DNA of 64,000 nucleotides from Octopus vulgaris (taxonomy: Eukaryota). The stretch is taken from contig OX597826.1 of the NCBI GenBank assembly GCA_951406725.2, forward strand, positions 3,534,001-3,598,000, read 5' to 3'. Position 1 is the stretch's first letter. Each line of letters starts with the position of its first letter. A model generated the notes under the pieces. It did no database searches, was not told the origin of the DNA, and saw only the letters and a list, made by a program, of their open reading frames with translations. Shown here piece after piece: positions 52,159 to 64,000 of this stretch. Both the position numbers and the translations under genes were made by a program.

Positions 52159-52558
52159 TTTACTCTCTTACTTGTTTCAGTCATGTGACTGTGGCCATGC
52201 TGAAGCACCGCTTTTAGTCGAGAAAATCGACCCCAGGACTTATTCTTTGTAAGCCTAGTACTTATTTTATCGTTCTCTTTTGGCGAACTGCTAAGTTACG
52301 GGGACGTAAACACACCAGCATCGGTTGTCAAGCGATGTTGGGGGGACAAACACAGACACACAAACATATACACACGCATACATATATACATATATACGAC
52401 GGGCTTCTTTCCGTTTCCGTCTACCAAATCCACGCACAAGGCTTTGGCCGGCCCGAGGCTATAGTACAGACACTTGCCCTAGGTGCCACACAGTGGGACT
52501 GTACCCGGAACCATGTAGTTCGTAAGCAAACTACTTACTACACAACCACACCTACGCC

Positions 52559-52559
<1 letters not shown>
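52159..52559 (-). mobile_element. SINE family A, full length
   Basis: Matches consensus. Confidence 0.92.
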
Positions 52560-52643
<84 letters not shown>

Positions 52644-52647
<4 letters not shown>

Positions 52648-53027
52648 GTAAATAGCTTGCTTAGCAACCACATGGTTCCGCGTTCGGTCCCACTGCGTGG
52701 CATCTTGGGCGACTGTCTTCTGCTGTAGCCTTGTGAGTGGATTTGGTAGACGGAAACAGAAAGAAGCCTGTCGTATATACGTATATATATATATATATAT
52801 ATATATCTATGTGTGTGTCTGTGTTTGTCCCCCCACCATCGCTTGACAACCGATGCTGGTATGTTTATATCCCCGTCACTTAGCGGTTGCGGCAAAAAAA
52901 GACCGATAGAATAAGTACTGGGCTTACAAAGAATAAGTCCCGGGGTCGATTTGCTCGACTAAAGGTGGTGCTCCAGCATGGCCGCAGTCAAATGACTGAA
53001 ACAAGTAAAAGAGTAAAAGAGTAAAGA
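52644..53027 (+). mobile_element. SINE family A, head-to-head with the preceding copy
   Basis: Matches consensus; tail gtaaaagagtaaaagagtaaagag. Confidence 0.92.
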
Positions 53028-53028
53028 G

Positions 53029-53092
<64 letters not shown>

Positions 53093-53409
53093 TCCTATTA
53101 AGAAACACTACATTCTTGGTCGATATTCATCTACTTTTAGTTTAATATATTACAATTGAAGGTATTCATACATTTTCCCTAAAATATTTAGCAAGAATGT
53201 ATCTATCAAATTGTATTCATGCCATCTATAATGCTCAGTCATTTTTGTGCATTGCACAAGCTCACATTGAAACCAGGTCGTTTCGAGATCAGTTCCACTG
53301 CAAGGCAAGTCTACTTTATTATAACACCGGGCCAACCAATGCTTTATGAGTGAAACTGCTGCATGGTAACTGTGTGGAAGGTTGCTGGATTATAATTTTT
53401 GACAGTTTC

Positions 53410-54640
53410 TGACCGCATTAGTAAGGAATTAGCAACAGCTCCTCGCTTTTGAGGGGATCCAGGGAATGATGTTTGGCTTCTTCCTCGGTGTGTAATCGAA
53501 CATCCACGATTCCATAGGCCTATCTTCTTTATATATTACTTTAGATTCCAGACGGAACGTAAAGCTTGTTGCATTTTAGCCTCTGTGGCTCTTTCCGTTC
53601 TTCTTGACTACAACCCGATTGTACGGTACGTCACTGTCCGACGTATCGTAGCTTCGATTGTCTCAGGTGGGGTATTCAACTTTAGCTACTTAGAATTTTC
53701 TTCAGGTCAAGTAACCCATCCCGCTTAAAAGGTCTCCGAATAAGGGTTGTTTAAGGATGTTGAACGAAACAGCCATGTTTCCAGAGGTGAATTATTCAAA
53801 CCTCAAAGAATCCCTCTCAACACATGGCTATGATGCTACCCCACTATATCTGCTCGTTTTCAGAAATGCACATATCGTCAGCCACTAAGGGACATGGTCA
53901 ACTGGTTAGGGTCAAACAACTGGCAAGCAAATCTGTGGTATTGACACTCTTTCGACTGGGTGTTTAATATATTTCAGTTCTGATGCGAATTGTATTTTCT
54001 GGAGAAATGATTTAGTTACTCCAGCGTAAGAATGCTTTGAAAGGCTGTTCCAAGCCGTTGTATCGGCTTTCATTGATTTTGTCATTGTTGTTGCTGTTGT
54101 TGCTGTTGTTGTTGGGTTTCCTGTTGTTGTTGGGTTTCCTGTTGTTGTTGTCACCTCTGTTATTGTTGATAGAGCTGCTGATGTTGTTGTTGTTGCTGTT
54201 GCTGTTGTTGCTGTCCCCGTTGTTGCTGTTCTTTGCAGCCAACTCATCCGATGCCTGGAACACGGAAGGGCCTCCACCGCTTACACTCTCGAATAATATT
54301 ACTAAAGACAGAGCCTTTGCTTTTCTAAAGATCCTCTGCATGATCTTCATTGAAAACATTGGCTCAGTTGTCCCTCTCGTTCATTTCCTTGAGAAAAATA
54401 CGATTATCGTCTGTTTTGTTCTTTCAGACCAAAGCCGCCTCGCACGCACGCGCCCTCTCTATTTCGGCGCTTGATGACGCTCCTCATTTTCTCCTCCTCT
54501 CTCACGAGCGTCATCGTGTTTTCTGTTTTCTCCATGCTTGTGGGGAAAACGCACACAATTTTGATTAATGTAAGCAAAAACAATTGACCTGTCCCCCAAT
54601 TGTTTTGGGGGTGGGGCAAAATACGAAACTAAGCTCACCA
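53410..54640 (-). mobile_element. Decayed 5' region of a putative LINE (ORF1-like with Asn-rich tract), split by a family C fragment
   Basis: ORF 54012-54359 'GPSVFQASDELAAKNSNN...YNGLEQPFKAFL'; further downstream 'YGIVDVRLHTEEEAKHHSLDPLKSEELLLIPY' (~53420-53516); CpG-richer upstream region. The L1/Tx1 ORF1 assignment is inference. Confidence 0.4.
53688..53944 (-). mobile_element. Family C internal fragment
   Basis: Aligns with 3184-3437. Confidence 0.85.
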
Positions 54641-54767
54641 CTCAACAGCAACTAACGTGTTGTCCACGACATTATAAACTTACAGGGTGCAAATACACTA
54701 TTATGTGATTTTTCTTTATGAACGTCATGGAACGAGGCCAAGCGTGGCTTGCCAGGCTGACGACCAA

Positions 54768-54897
54768 AATAATAATAATAATAACAATAATAATAATGAT
54801 AATAATAATAATAATAATATAATAATAATAATTGCCCTAGAAGTCGAGAAGACACTCGGCAAGAAATGGAAGCAAATTTGAAAGAAGAGAAAAAAAA

Positions 54898-54935
<38 letters not shown>

Positions 54936-55147
54936 TAATAATGATAATGATAATAGTAATAATAGTAATAATGATATTAATATCATAATAATAATAATTC
55001 TTTCTTTATTGGCCACCAGGGTGAACACAAAACATACAGGACGATACACAGACGAGGGACAGTAAGGATAAACGAGTAAACAGCCAACAAACACAACGAT
55101 TAACAAAGAGCTTAAATCAACCATATATGCTTCCCCAATAAGGGCGA

Positions 55148-55207
<60 letters not shown>

Positions 55208-55232
55208 GATGAAGAAGAAGAAGAAGAAAGTA
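54768..55232. repeat. Three (TAA)n tracts enclosing a minus-strand retroelement 3' end (54997-55140)
   Basis: The minus strand ends ...caccctggtggccaataaagaaagaattattatt. Confidence 0.7.
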
Positions 55233-55438
55233 TACTAAAGGCGCAAAGCCTATACATTTTGGAATGGTGGGAGGTCGAATAGTCGGTTACGTAGATGCCA
55301 GAGCTCCAGTGGTACCCATTTTGTCGTTCTCCAAGGCAAAGTCGACCTGGTGGAATTTGAAATGCAGAACGTGACGACGGACGAAATGCCGTTAGGCATT
55401 TTGCCCGCCGGGCCAACGATTATGCCAGCTCACCGTCT

Positions 55439-55440
<2 letters not shown>
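55233..55440 (-). mobile_element. SINE family B2
   Basis: ggcaaagtcgacc.ggtggaatttgaa...gccagctcaccgtctt. Confidence 0.75.
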
Positions 55441-55478
<38 letters not shown>

Positions 55479-57353
55479 GTTGGAGTTGCTTGTGGCATAT
55501 ACAATCACACAGGAATAAACCATACACCCTTCTGTCCTCTTCTCTGCTCTGTATAACTCTCCAGGTGCTTCACTAACTTCTCTATTGAATATTCCTTCTC
55601 CATAGAATTGCCCTCTGTAATTCTCCTCTCCCATAATTTTCCTGCAAACATCGACATAATGATGTTCACACTATCGATCTTTTCAGTTTGCATATATCGA
55701 TCTGCCAATCTCAATGGGCCGACGATGATCAGGAATAAAACCCCATCTCCTGATGAAGCCATATGAAAAAAAAAATAAATAAAAGAATAAGTGAATGAAA
55801 AGACAAAAAGTGAAGTTGAGGTGATTCTAGAGATGCCAAACTCTGTGTTTACACTACAGCATTCCTCTCTAGCCTTGTCATTCGCTCACTTCGCATATCA
55901 CCCTGCAGATGAAAACTTCCCCCCCTCCATAGCTATTTCAAGAATTATAAAACAGAATTCACTACTGCAGGCGCTAATCAACTGCAATAATGATGCCGAT
56001 TATTACAACATAAAACCTGCCTTGCTGTCTTCTAACTGATTAAGTCGACAACGAGAATTTGGTCGTTAGCATATCATTCTCCGTTCGCTTGAACAAATAT
56101 CATATCAGCTCATTACTTGAAAATGATTAACAAATATCGCAATAGGATAATTGGAAAAAGTAAGAAAAACAACAGCATCAATAACAAGATGTAATATATA
56201 AATTGTTTTATTTTTAATGCATGGATTTTGTTTGTTTTTTACCTCTTTATTTGGTTGTATATTTTCGCATGTTTTTTTTTTTTATTATCTGAAAACAAAA
56301 ATATAAATTCATATAATTATTCCTATATTTATTAGATTTGCTTTGTTTTTTCAGTTGAGAATCTGTTTCTCTTCTAGCTTCTATATCGATATTTTTTGGT
56401 TAAATTCTTGCCTGATTTATTTATTTTTTAAAAATTTCTGACGTCATTTATTTTTGAACAACAACAACAACAACATGATTGACTCCTGTTGGTTGTTTAC
56501 TGAGAATTATGTTGCTGAATATTTTCGAAGGGGAAGATGTAAGGTCGATCATATTGGCCACTATCCCTACCCTTGATGTAATATTGTCATCAACATATAT
56601 GACATGACATGGTCCTGTACTTTCACACCAATCGAAAATGCGCTAGAATTGATTATTTCTTACATTTATTTTTAGCTAGGTTTGCAACAGTGGATTTGTT
56701 GCTTTCTTTGTTGCTTTTGGTGCTGAGATCCAGCTTTGCCTTCTGTTCTCATTCATATCACGTAAAGCTTTCCGTACATTTTTCACAAATCCTATTGCTA
56801 ATACTACATTATTCAATCTTGTGATGCGTATGAGGTGTTTCTACGTCTCTCAAGAATATGGTGATTCTTCATGTTAAGTGTGAGTGTGTACTGGACAAGA
56901 TATTATAGAAGAACAGCAATTGCCCAGCGTGCTAATCTCCCTTGACAAAGCTATTGTACTTGTCCAATGGAAAGGCAACACCTGATATTATGATACAGAT
57001 TGGTATTAGTGTTATCTGTGTTGGTCATTGTACTCAGAAAAGAAGAGATGGAACAAGTATCGTAAGTTATAAAATCAAACGTCCTAAAACTCCGCTAAGC
57101 CAAAAATCTCTGCTAATTCTTTTTTTATCGCATCAACAACTTAAAGAATGAAGGTCAAAGTCAATATCATCGGGTTAGAGTTTATTGTGAAAACAGCCGG
57201 AACGAATAACTCCAATAACCCAAAGCAATCATCTCTCGAACACTCCCAGAACCGTATTCAGCAGAACGGGAGCCATCATGTGTATATATATAAATATATA
57301 TGAATATATATATGTATACACACACAGACACACAACACGCAGAGAAACACACA

Positions 57354-57407
<54 letters not shown>

Positions 57408-57643
57408 AAGTTGGACTCCGAGTCCAACTTTGATAGAAATAAGCATTCTTGACTGCTATTTCTATTTTTTCAGTATGCGGTCAAGCAACCTGTTTGCCTG
57501 TCCCTTTTTCTTATATACAATATATATACTGAACTTTACAGAAGTTCCTGCCGGTAATCGGCTATATTTACATACCGAATTCTACCAGTAAATAATTGGG
57601 TTTTTTTTAAAAGCCTTTATAGAAATTATTTACTTACTCTTAT

Positions 57644-57698
<55 letters not shown>

Positions 57699-57904
57699 TA
57701 TCTTAATATTTTGCGATGTATCTATATATAATCAAAAGATGAGAGAGATTTAATGAAAGGTAGTTGAGTGGGGTTTCTCACAGGTCGAACGAATACATAC
57801 AGGTAGGTTTCGATTATGCCTGGAACAAATTTGGAGGAAAAATGATAAAATTTAAGTCTGGTTATTTATTCCTTTGCTAAATCCCATTGAATATCTCTAC
57901 AGAA

Positions 57905-57942
<38 letters not shown>

Positions 57943-57944
<2 letters not shown>

Positions 57945-58285
57945 CGGTTGTATACTGTCAACTTAACGTGACAATCCCATAAAGGGAATCACACCACCGC
58001 TTTTAGCCCTAGGAAGCATCGACGCTTCCTGTCGGCTTTGATACATTTCCTGTGTCCTTATATTTGCGAAGGGGAGACAGGCGTTGATACCCTAGACTGA
58101 TGACGAGCAAGACTCAGAAACATGCATGCCTGGCTGTTGGGGGTGCTTGTCTCCCCTTCGCAAATATAAGGACACAGGAAATGTGTCAAAGCCGATAGGA
58201 AGCATCGATGCTTCCTAGGGCTAAACAGCGGTGGTGTGATTCCCTTTACGGGCCTGTCACGTGAAGTTGACAGTATACAACCGCT
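57943..58285. mobile_element. Fold-back element with ~141-bp inverted arms and a 60-nt loop carrying a degenerate hammerhead motif
   Basis: Arms at 57943-58083 and 58144-58285; loop CTGATGA (58097-103) c-gag-caaga-ctc-a GAAA (58117-20) catgcatg cc; follows a (TA)n tract. Confidence 0.8.
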
Positions 58286-58343
58286 CTATCGCTCCACCAC
58301 TGCTTATATCTCTGAGATATTTAGAAATTTAATATTGCTAATA

Positions 58344-58374
<31 letters not shown>

Positions 58375-58378
<4 letters not shown>

Positions 58379-58505
58379 GGAGAAGAAAATGGATAAAATA
58401 ATAATGGGAAACTCGTGGTTACCCCCAACTCTGCTTCTTCCTTCTTTGTTATCTATTTAATTAAAGACATACCAGTGTAAACCACGAGTTCCCATTGTTA
58501 TTATA
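58375..58505. repeat. Second fold-back, ~48-bp imperfect arms (right arm extends to ~58524)
   Basis: tataggagaagaaaatggata...gggaaactcgtggttac versus gtaaaccacgagttccca...tatccattttcctctcctata. Confidence 0.75.
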
Positions 58506-59028
58506 TCCATTTTCCTCTCCTATATAACCTAAATTCCCGTCTACCAACCGAATCACTTGCTACTGTACAACCTTACAAAAGACTATACCTACGGAGCTAA
58601 TAACCAGGAGCGCCTGTAGATTTAATCATCCCGTTGGGTATTAAACCCCTCTAACTTGATATCTATCTATATATAGAGTGATCATCTTCCTATTTCTTCA
58701 GTGCTATCTATCGATTCCTATCTATCACCTCTTCTATCTTTTCTCTTGTCAAAGACGATATTTCTTCAGCCCCCACTGCTTTACCCCGTCTGGTCTATCG
58801 ACCCTGCTTCTTTGTTTTCGATCGGTTTCTTTGTATGTCTCCACTGTCCTATCTTTGTTACCAGCTTTGACCCTCCGCAAATCCCAAATTTTATTTTGGT
58901 TCTCGGAAGCAACTGCCTTCAATTTCTTATATTGTCGTTCAATCCTCAAAATATGGAGTAGAAGGACAGCCGACAACTGATGAAGGGTCGTTCTTTGTGT
59001 TACTTGTCTTGTTTTCCATGTGTTTCTC

Positions 59029-59423
59029 TGCGTGGTAAGTAGCTTGCTTACAAACAACATGGTTCCGGGTTCAGCCCTACTGCGTGGCACCTTGGGCAAG
59101 TGTCTTCTGCTATAGCATCGCGCCGACCAAAGCCTTGTGAGTGGATTTGGTAGACGGAAACTGAAAGAAGCCCGTCATATATATGTATATACATATAATT
59201 ATGTGTGTATATGTTTCTGTCTCTGTATTTGTCCCCCCCCCCCCCAGCATCGCTTGACAACCGATGCTGGTGTGTTTACGTCCCCGTCACTAGCGGTTCT
59301 GTAATAAGAGACCGATGGAGAAAGTATTAGGCTTACAAAGGATAAGTCCCGGGGTCGATTTTCTCGACTAAAGGCGGTGTTCCAGCATGGCCGCAGTCTA
59401 ATGACTGAAACATATAAAAGAGT
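59029..59423 (+). mobile_element. SINE family A
   Basis: Matches consensus. Confidence 0.9.
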
Positions 59424-59428
59424 AGAAA

Positions 59429-59705
<277 letters not shown>

Positions 59706-60324
59706 TGATTGAACGCCACGCATCCATTTCCAAGTAAGATTCATCTTAATGTGTGTGTCTGTGTGTGTGTCTGTGGGTGTGCGGGGCGGTGTAAAAACGG
59801 TAGCTATCACTAGATTTCTTGTCGTGTCACCAATGGTTCCTTCACAGAAATCCAACAATTTCGCTGCACTAGATTTTAATTTAAATGCAGCAGCTTTTGT
59901 TGAATTATATTAATTCTATCGTCTATTTCAGCTGCATCTGTACATTACAAGTTCTTATTTAATAAATTTCATTGGCGATACAGAGAGCGGAATTTTTGTA
60001 ACAGAAATATTCGTTTGAATACAATAATAACAATTTTATCGATCCACATCTATAGGGAGATAACTTCAATACTTTATAGATTGCAGATCAATAGTCTTAG
60101 ACGTGAGTAGCATTACCAGATGAGAGGAGTTGGTGTAAAAGAATGCTAAAACTACTCAGACAGTTGGAACTGTCTTACAATGGAATAGACGGCTTGAATC
60201 CCCAAATTGCAACAAGTTATCCACCTCTTGTTAAATAAAGAATTCAATAAATTCTTCCTTTACGTTGTTGTTTTTATCTTCAATGCACTTGTTGTTGTTC
60301 TTTATGATGTAAGTGTTGGTGGGG

Positions 60325-60458
<134 letters not shown>

Positions 60459-60571
60459 CATTAATAGCGGTGGACCGGCATCAGTGTTCCAACCGCTGTC
60501 GTTTAATGCTGTTTTCAGGTGTTGCATTTAGGATTAACTTTTATATTTACATTCTAAATATTTCACTCATT

Positions 60572-61045
60572 GCAGTAAGGTCATGCTGGAGCACCGCCTT
60601 GAAAAACTTTAGTTGAATGAATCGACTCCAATACTAATTAAAAAAAAAATTACTTTTTAAATTTACGGAGATGTACTTGCATAGCAAATGATCTGATCTG
60701 ATTTCGTGTGCTGGAACGAAAACAATTGCAGTGTGTAAGGTGATTTCGTGCAGCACGAAGTTTTTTCAGTGAACAGGTCGCGGTCTCAAAGCGACGAAAA
60801 TATTTTGACGAATTAAATTTAAATGTTGAAGTGAATCTAACGGTTTTTGTGTGTTTCTTAAATGGCTTATAAACACCTTCCACGCTGCAATTGTTTACTT
60901 TTTAAAGCTTTAAACTTATTCTATCTAATACTTTTGCCGAACCGCTAAGTTATGGGGAATTAGACTCACCAACATCATCCATCAAGCGGCTGTGTGTATA
61001 AATACACACACAAATCCACCCATCACACCACAGACATACACAGAC
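60572..61045 (-). mobile_element. Old SINE family A tail half interrupted by a ~250-bp insert (60650-60900)
   Basis: catgctggagcaccgcctt...tcgactcc resumes at cttattctatc...ttttgccgaaccgctaagtt. Confidence 0.7.
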
Positions 61046-61746
61046 AATATATGTGTATGCATGTATATATTCGATTTGTACTTCTGTTACCTAGCCATTC
61101 TCTTATATTTGTCTTACTCGGTCACTTAATATCTGCTGGGTAACATGAAATATTTCCATTTCAAGCCATATCTCTCTCATTCTGTCTATATAGCCATATC
61201 TGTTGTTTCACTTCGGACGTAACATTCTGTCACACTTGCGTTCAGTCTGCTCAAGTCGTACTGCAGTAAATGGACGACGAACGAGCCAACTCTGAAAATC
61301 ACTCGAAGAATTTATCACTTCATGGTCATGATCTGAATATTGACCAATCATCTCCAGGCTGTGTCATGGACGGTCTCTCGAATATTCAGGAGATTGACAT
61401 CTTTTTACTCTAGTTTTGGTCTCATCCACACAGGTATTCACTATATTTGTATTTGACATGCCACTCACAGTGAGGGCCGTGGCGATGAGATGACACAACC
61501 ACAGCTGTTTTTAATGAGACATCACTAGAGGTGTCACCGACCAAAACTGAAGAGGCCTCATCACCACATGAGATAGAAATTATCCTGCCAAACACCAACC
61601 TGGAATCTCATGGTTTCGGCGTGAGCTTACAGTTAATACTTAAGAGTGACCTGCAGGTAATTATGTTTAGGGGTAGACTCATTATTCCCATGCCGAGAAT
61701 CCACAAACGGATACGGTGTAACGTCATTATGATTTGCTTGTATTTA

Positions 61747-61965
61747 AGGTGGCGAGCTGGGAGAATCGTTAACATGCCGGCCAAAATGATTACCGGCATT
61801 TCGTCCCGCTTTACGTTCTGAGTTCAAGTGACACCGAATTCGACTTTGTATTTGATCATTTCAGAGTAAATACATTAAATACCAGTGAAGCACTGAGGTC
61901 GATGTTATCGATTCGTTGCTTCCTTCAAAATTTTAGGCCCTGTGTCTTTAGTAGAAGGGATTATT
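61747..61965 (+). mobile_element. SINE family B2
   Basis: aggtggcgagctgggagaatcgtt...ggccctgtgtctttagtagaagggattatt. Confidence 0.85.
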
Positions 61966-62398
61966 CGCAGGTATTGTTGTTGTCGATGATGATGGTAGTT
62001 CTGTTGTTGTAAGCTGTATTGTTACTTTTGGAAAGTCTTTGTAATTATTTTCGTTATTCTGTCAAAATTCTGTAGCCACGATGACTCTGTTGTCGTTGAT
62101 GTTATAATTGTTTTTATTTCTATAGTTTTTGCTGACGTTGTTCTTTTGGGACTTGTATATATTGTTTTATTTTTGTTATTCTTGCTGCCGTTGTTGCAAT
62201 GTTGGCAGAAATGTAGGCAATCTAGAGAAAATACTTGTCTGTATGTAGCCCGTATTTGTGTTCAGAAATTCCGCCGAGGATACTGTGCTTCAGCAATGTG
62301 GGGTCAATAAAATAAGTACGACAAGAGTACCACAGTGAATATATTAAAACAGCCTCCCTACCCCAAATCCATACTTTCTATATATATATATATATATA

Positions 62399-62802
62399 CA
62401 GGAGTGGCTGTGTGGTAAGTAGCTTGCTAACCAACCACATGGCTCCGGGTTCAGTCCCACTGCGTGGCATCTTGGGCAAGTATCTTCTGCTATAACCCCG
62501 GGCCGACCAATGCCTTGTGAGTGGATTTGGTAGACGGAAACTGAAAGAAGCCTGTCGTATATATGTATTTATATATATATATATATATGTATGCGTGTGT
62601 GTATTTGTGTGCCTATGTTTGTCCCCCTAGCATTGCTTGACAACTGATGCTGGTGTGTTTACGTCCCCGTCACTTAGCGGTTCGGCAAAAGACCGATAGA
62701 ATAAGTACTGAGCTTACAAGTACGGGGTCGATTTGCTCGACTAAAAGCGGTGCTCCAGCATGGCCGCAGTCAAATGACTGAAACAAGTAAAAGAGTAAAA
62801 GA

Positions 62803-62803
<1 letters not shown>
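62399..62803 (+). mobile_element. SINE family A inside (TA)n
   Basis: Matches consensus; TA repeats on both sides. Confidence 0.92.
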
Positions 62804-62847
<44 letters not shown>

Positions 62848-63239
62848 CCCACCGCCATCACAACTATCTTTCACACCACTTACCCTCACCGTCATCCCTG
62901 ACCACTTTGGCTACCACGACGACGACCACCCCCACCACCATCACCGCCACCTCTGCCTCTTTCACGGCTACAGCTTATACTACTACCATCATCCCATTAC
63001 CATCACAAAAAGGCTAAGTGCGTATAAAGGAATTCTGTTAGTTCAGTATGTTGGTTCGATGTTTAAGCCCTCTTTCTCCCACATAAACACTTTTTCTCTC
63101 TCTCTTTCTCTTATTACTCTCACCATCCACACCACTACCTTTAATAAAACCATCATCAACTCTCTCTAAATTTCGTTCTTTCCCTCCGTTTTTCTTTCTT
63201 TCTTTATCTCTTTCTTTCTTTCTTTCGTTCTTTCTTTCT

Positions 63240-63405
63240 TTCTCTCTCTCTTTTTCTCTCTGTCTTCACCACCACCCTCACCGTCTGTATGCCTATTATT
63301 TCTCTCACCCCAGCATTAGCAATAGTAGAATTTTCAATCACTAGTGAGAAATGAGTCGAAGTGTGACACACTGACAAACAGAAATTAGTTTTCACATTTG
63401 TTATT
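63240..63405 (-). mobile_element. Family G second copy
   Basis: The reverse complement aligns with 51300-51460. Confidence 0.55.
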
Positions 63406-63432
63406 TTGTTATTTTGATTATTAGTAATACTA

Positions 63433-63625
63433 AGGCGGCGAGCTGGTAGGTTCATTAAACGCTGCACAAAAAACTTGGCGGTATTTCGCCCGTCAATGCG
63501 TTCTGAGTTTAAATTCCGCCGAGGTCGACTTTGCCTTAAGTACCATTGAAATACTGGAATCGATGTAATCGACTTTTCGCTTCCACACATATTCCAGGTA
63601 TTGTGCCTTTGGTAGAAAAGATTAT
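63433..63625 (+). mobile_element. SINE family B2 with (TTG/TTA)n tail to 63726
   Basis: aggcggcgagctgg...ttgtgcctttggtagaaaagattatt. Confidence 0.85.
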
Positions 63626-63642
63626 TGTTGTTGTTGTTGTTG

Positions 63643-63726
<84 letters not shown>

Positions 63727-63728
<2 letters not shown>

Positions 63729-64000
63729 TGAGAGAGCAGTGCATCCCATCAAAGTGACACTGGGGTAATATATACGAAGCCCAGTATACCCATCATGACT
63801 ACTCGTCTGATAAGGGTACACTAGACACATGCATCACAACCATATGTGCGCGACATGGTGATCTCATATCAAGATAAACAGCACATGACCTTGCAGGTGG
63901 GGCCCACTTAGAATTTTCTTCTAGTCGAGTAGCCCATTCTGCTCAAAATGTCCTTGAATAAGGATTGTTTAAGGATGTTGAACGAAACACCCATGTTTCC
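63727..64000 (-). mobile_element. Family C element (runs off the window)
   Basis: Aligns with 3001-3277. Confidence 0.9.

Noticed and set aside
53820-53895. CTGACGA...GAAG on the minus strand of family C as a hammerhead
   Set aside because: There is no GAAA/helix III/UH arrangement; the flanks (tggct/agcca) pair through the supposed core as a simple stem.
55505-55762. 85-aa minus ORF with ordinary composition
   Set aside because: No recognisable motif, no splice support and no neighbouring exons.

Overview
This is AT-rich, microsatellite-saturated eukaryotic DNA with no recognisable host protein-coding exon, so it is probably intergenic or intronic. The SINE and microsatellite make-up strongly suggests a coleoid cephalopod (Octopus-like), which is inferred from recalled repeat families and not from a search. 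The window is a patchwork of at least five tRNA-derived SINE families and a ~560-bp non-autonomous element sitting in (TTA)n arrays. It also holds decayed R4/Dong-clade, CR1-group, L1/Tx1-like and Penelope-like retroelement fragments, several Tc1/mariner remnants, and a MITE with an 8-bp target-site duplication. Nearly all ORFs in the supplied track are microsatellite or transposon artefacts. The most interesting signal is a set of sequence-unrelated type I hammerhead-ribozyme motifs at about 19.1, 30.6, 39.9, 40.7, 46.7 and 58.1 kb. All have a palindromic helix III (dimer-type), several sit inside long DNA fold-backs, and most lie next to (TA)n tracts. The two at 39.9 and 40.7 kb keep every catalytic-core nucleotide. 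Family labels A-G are my own working names.
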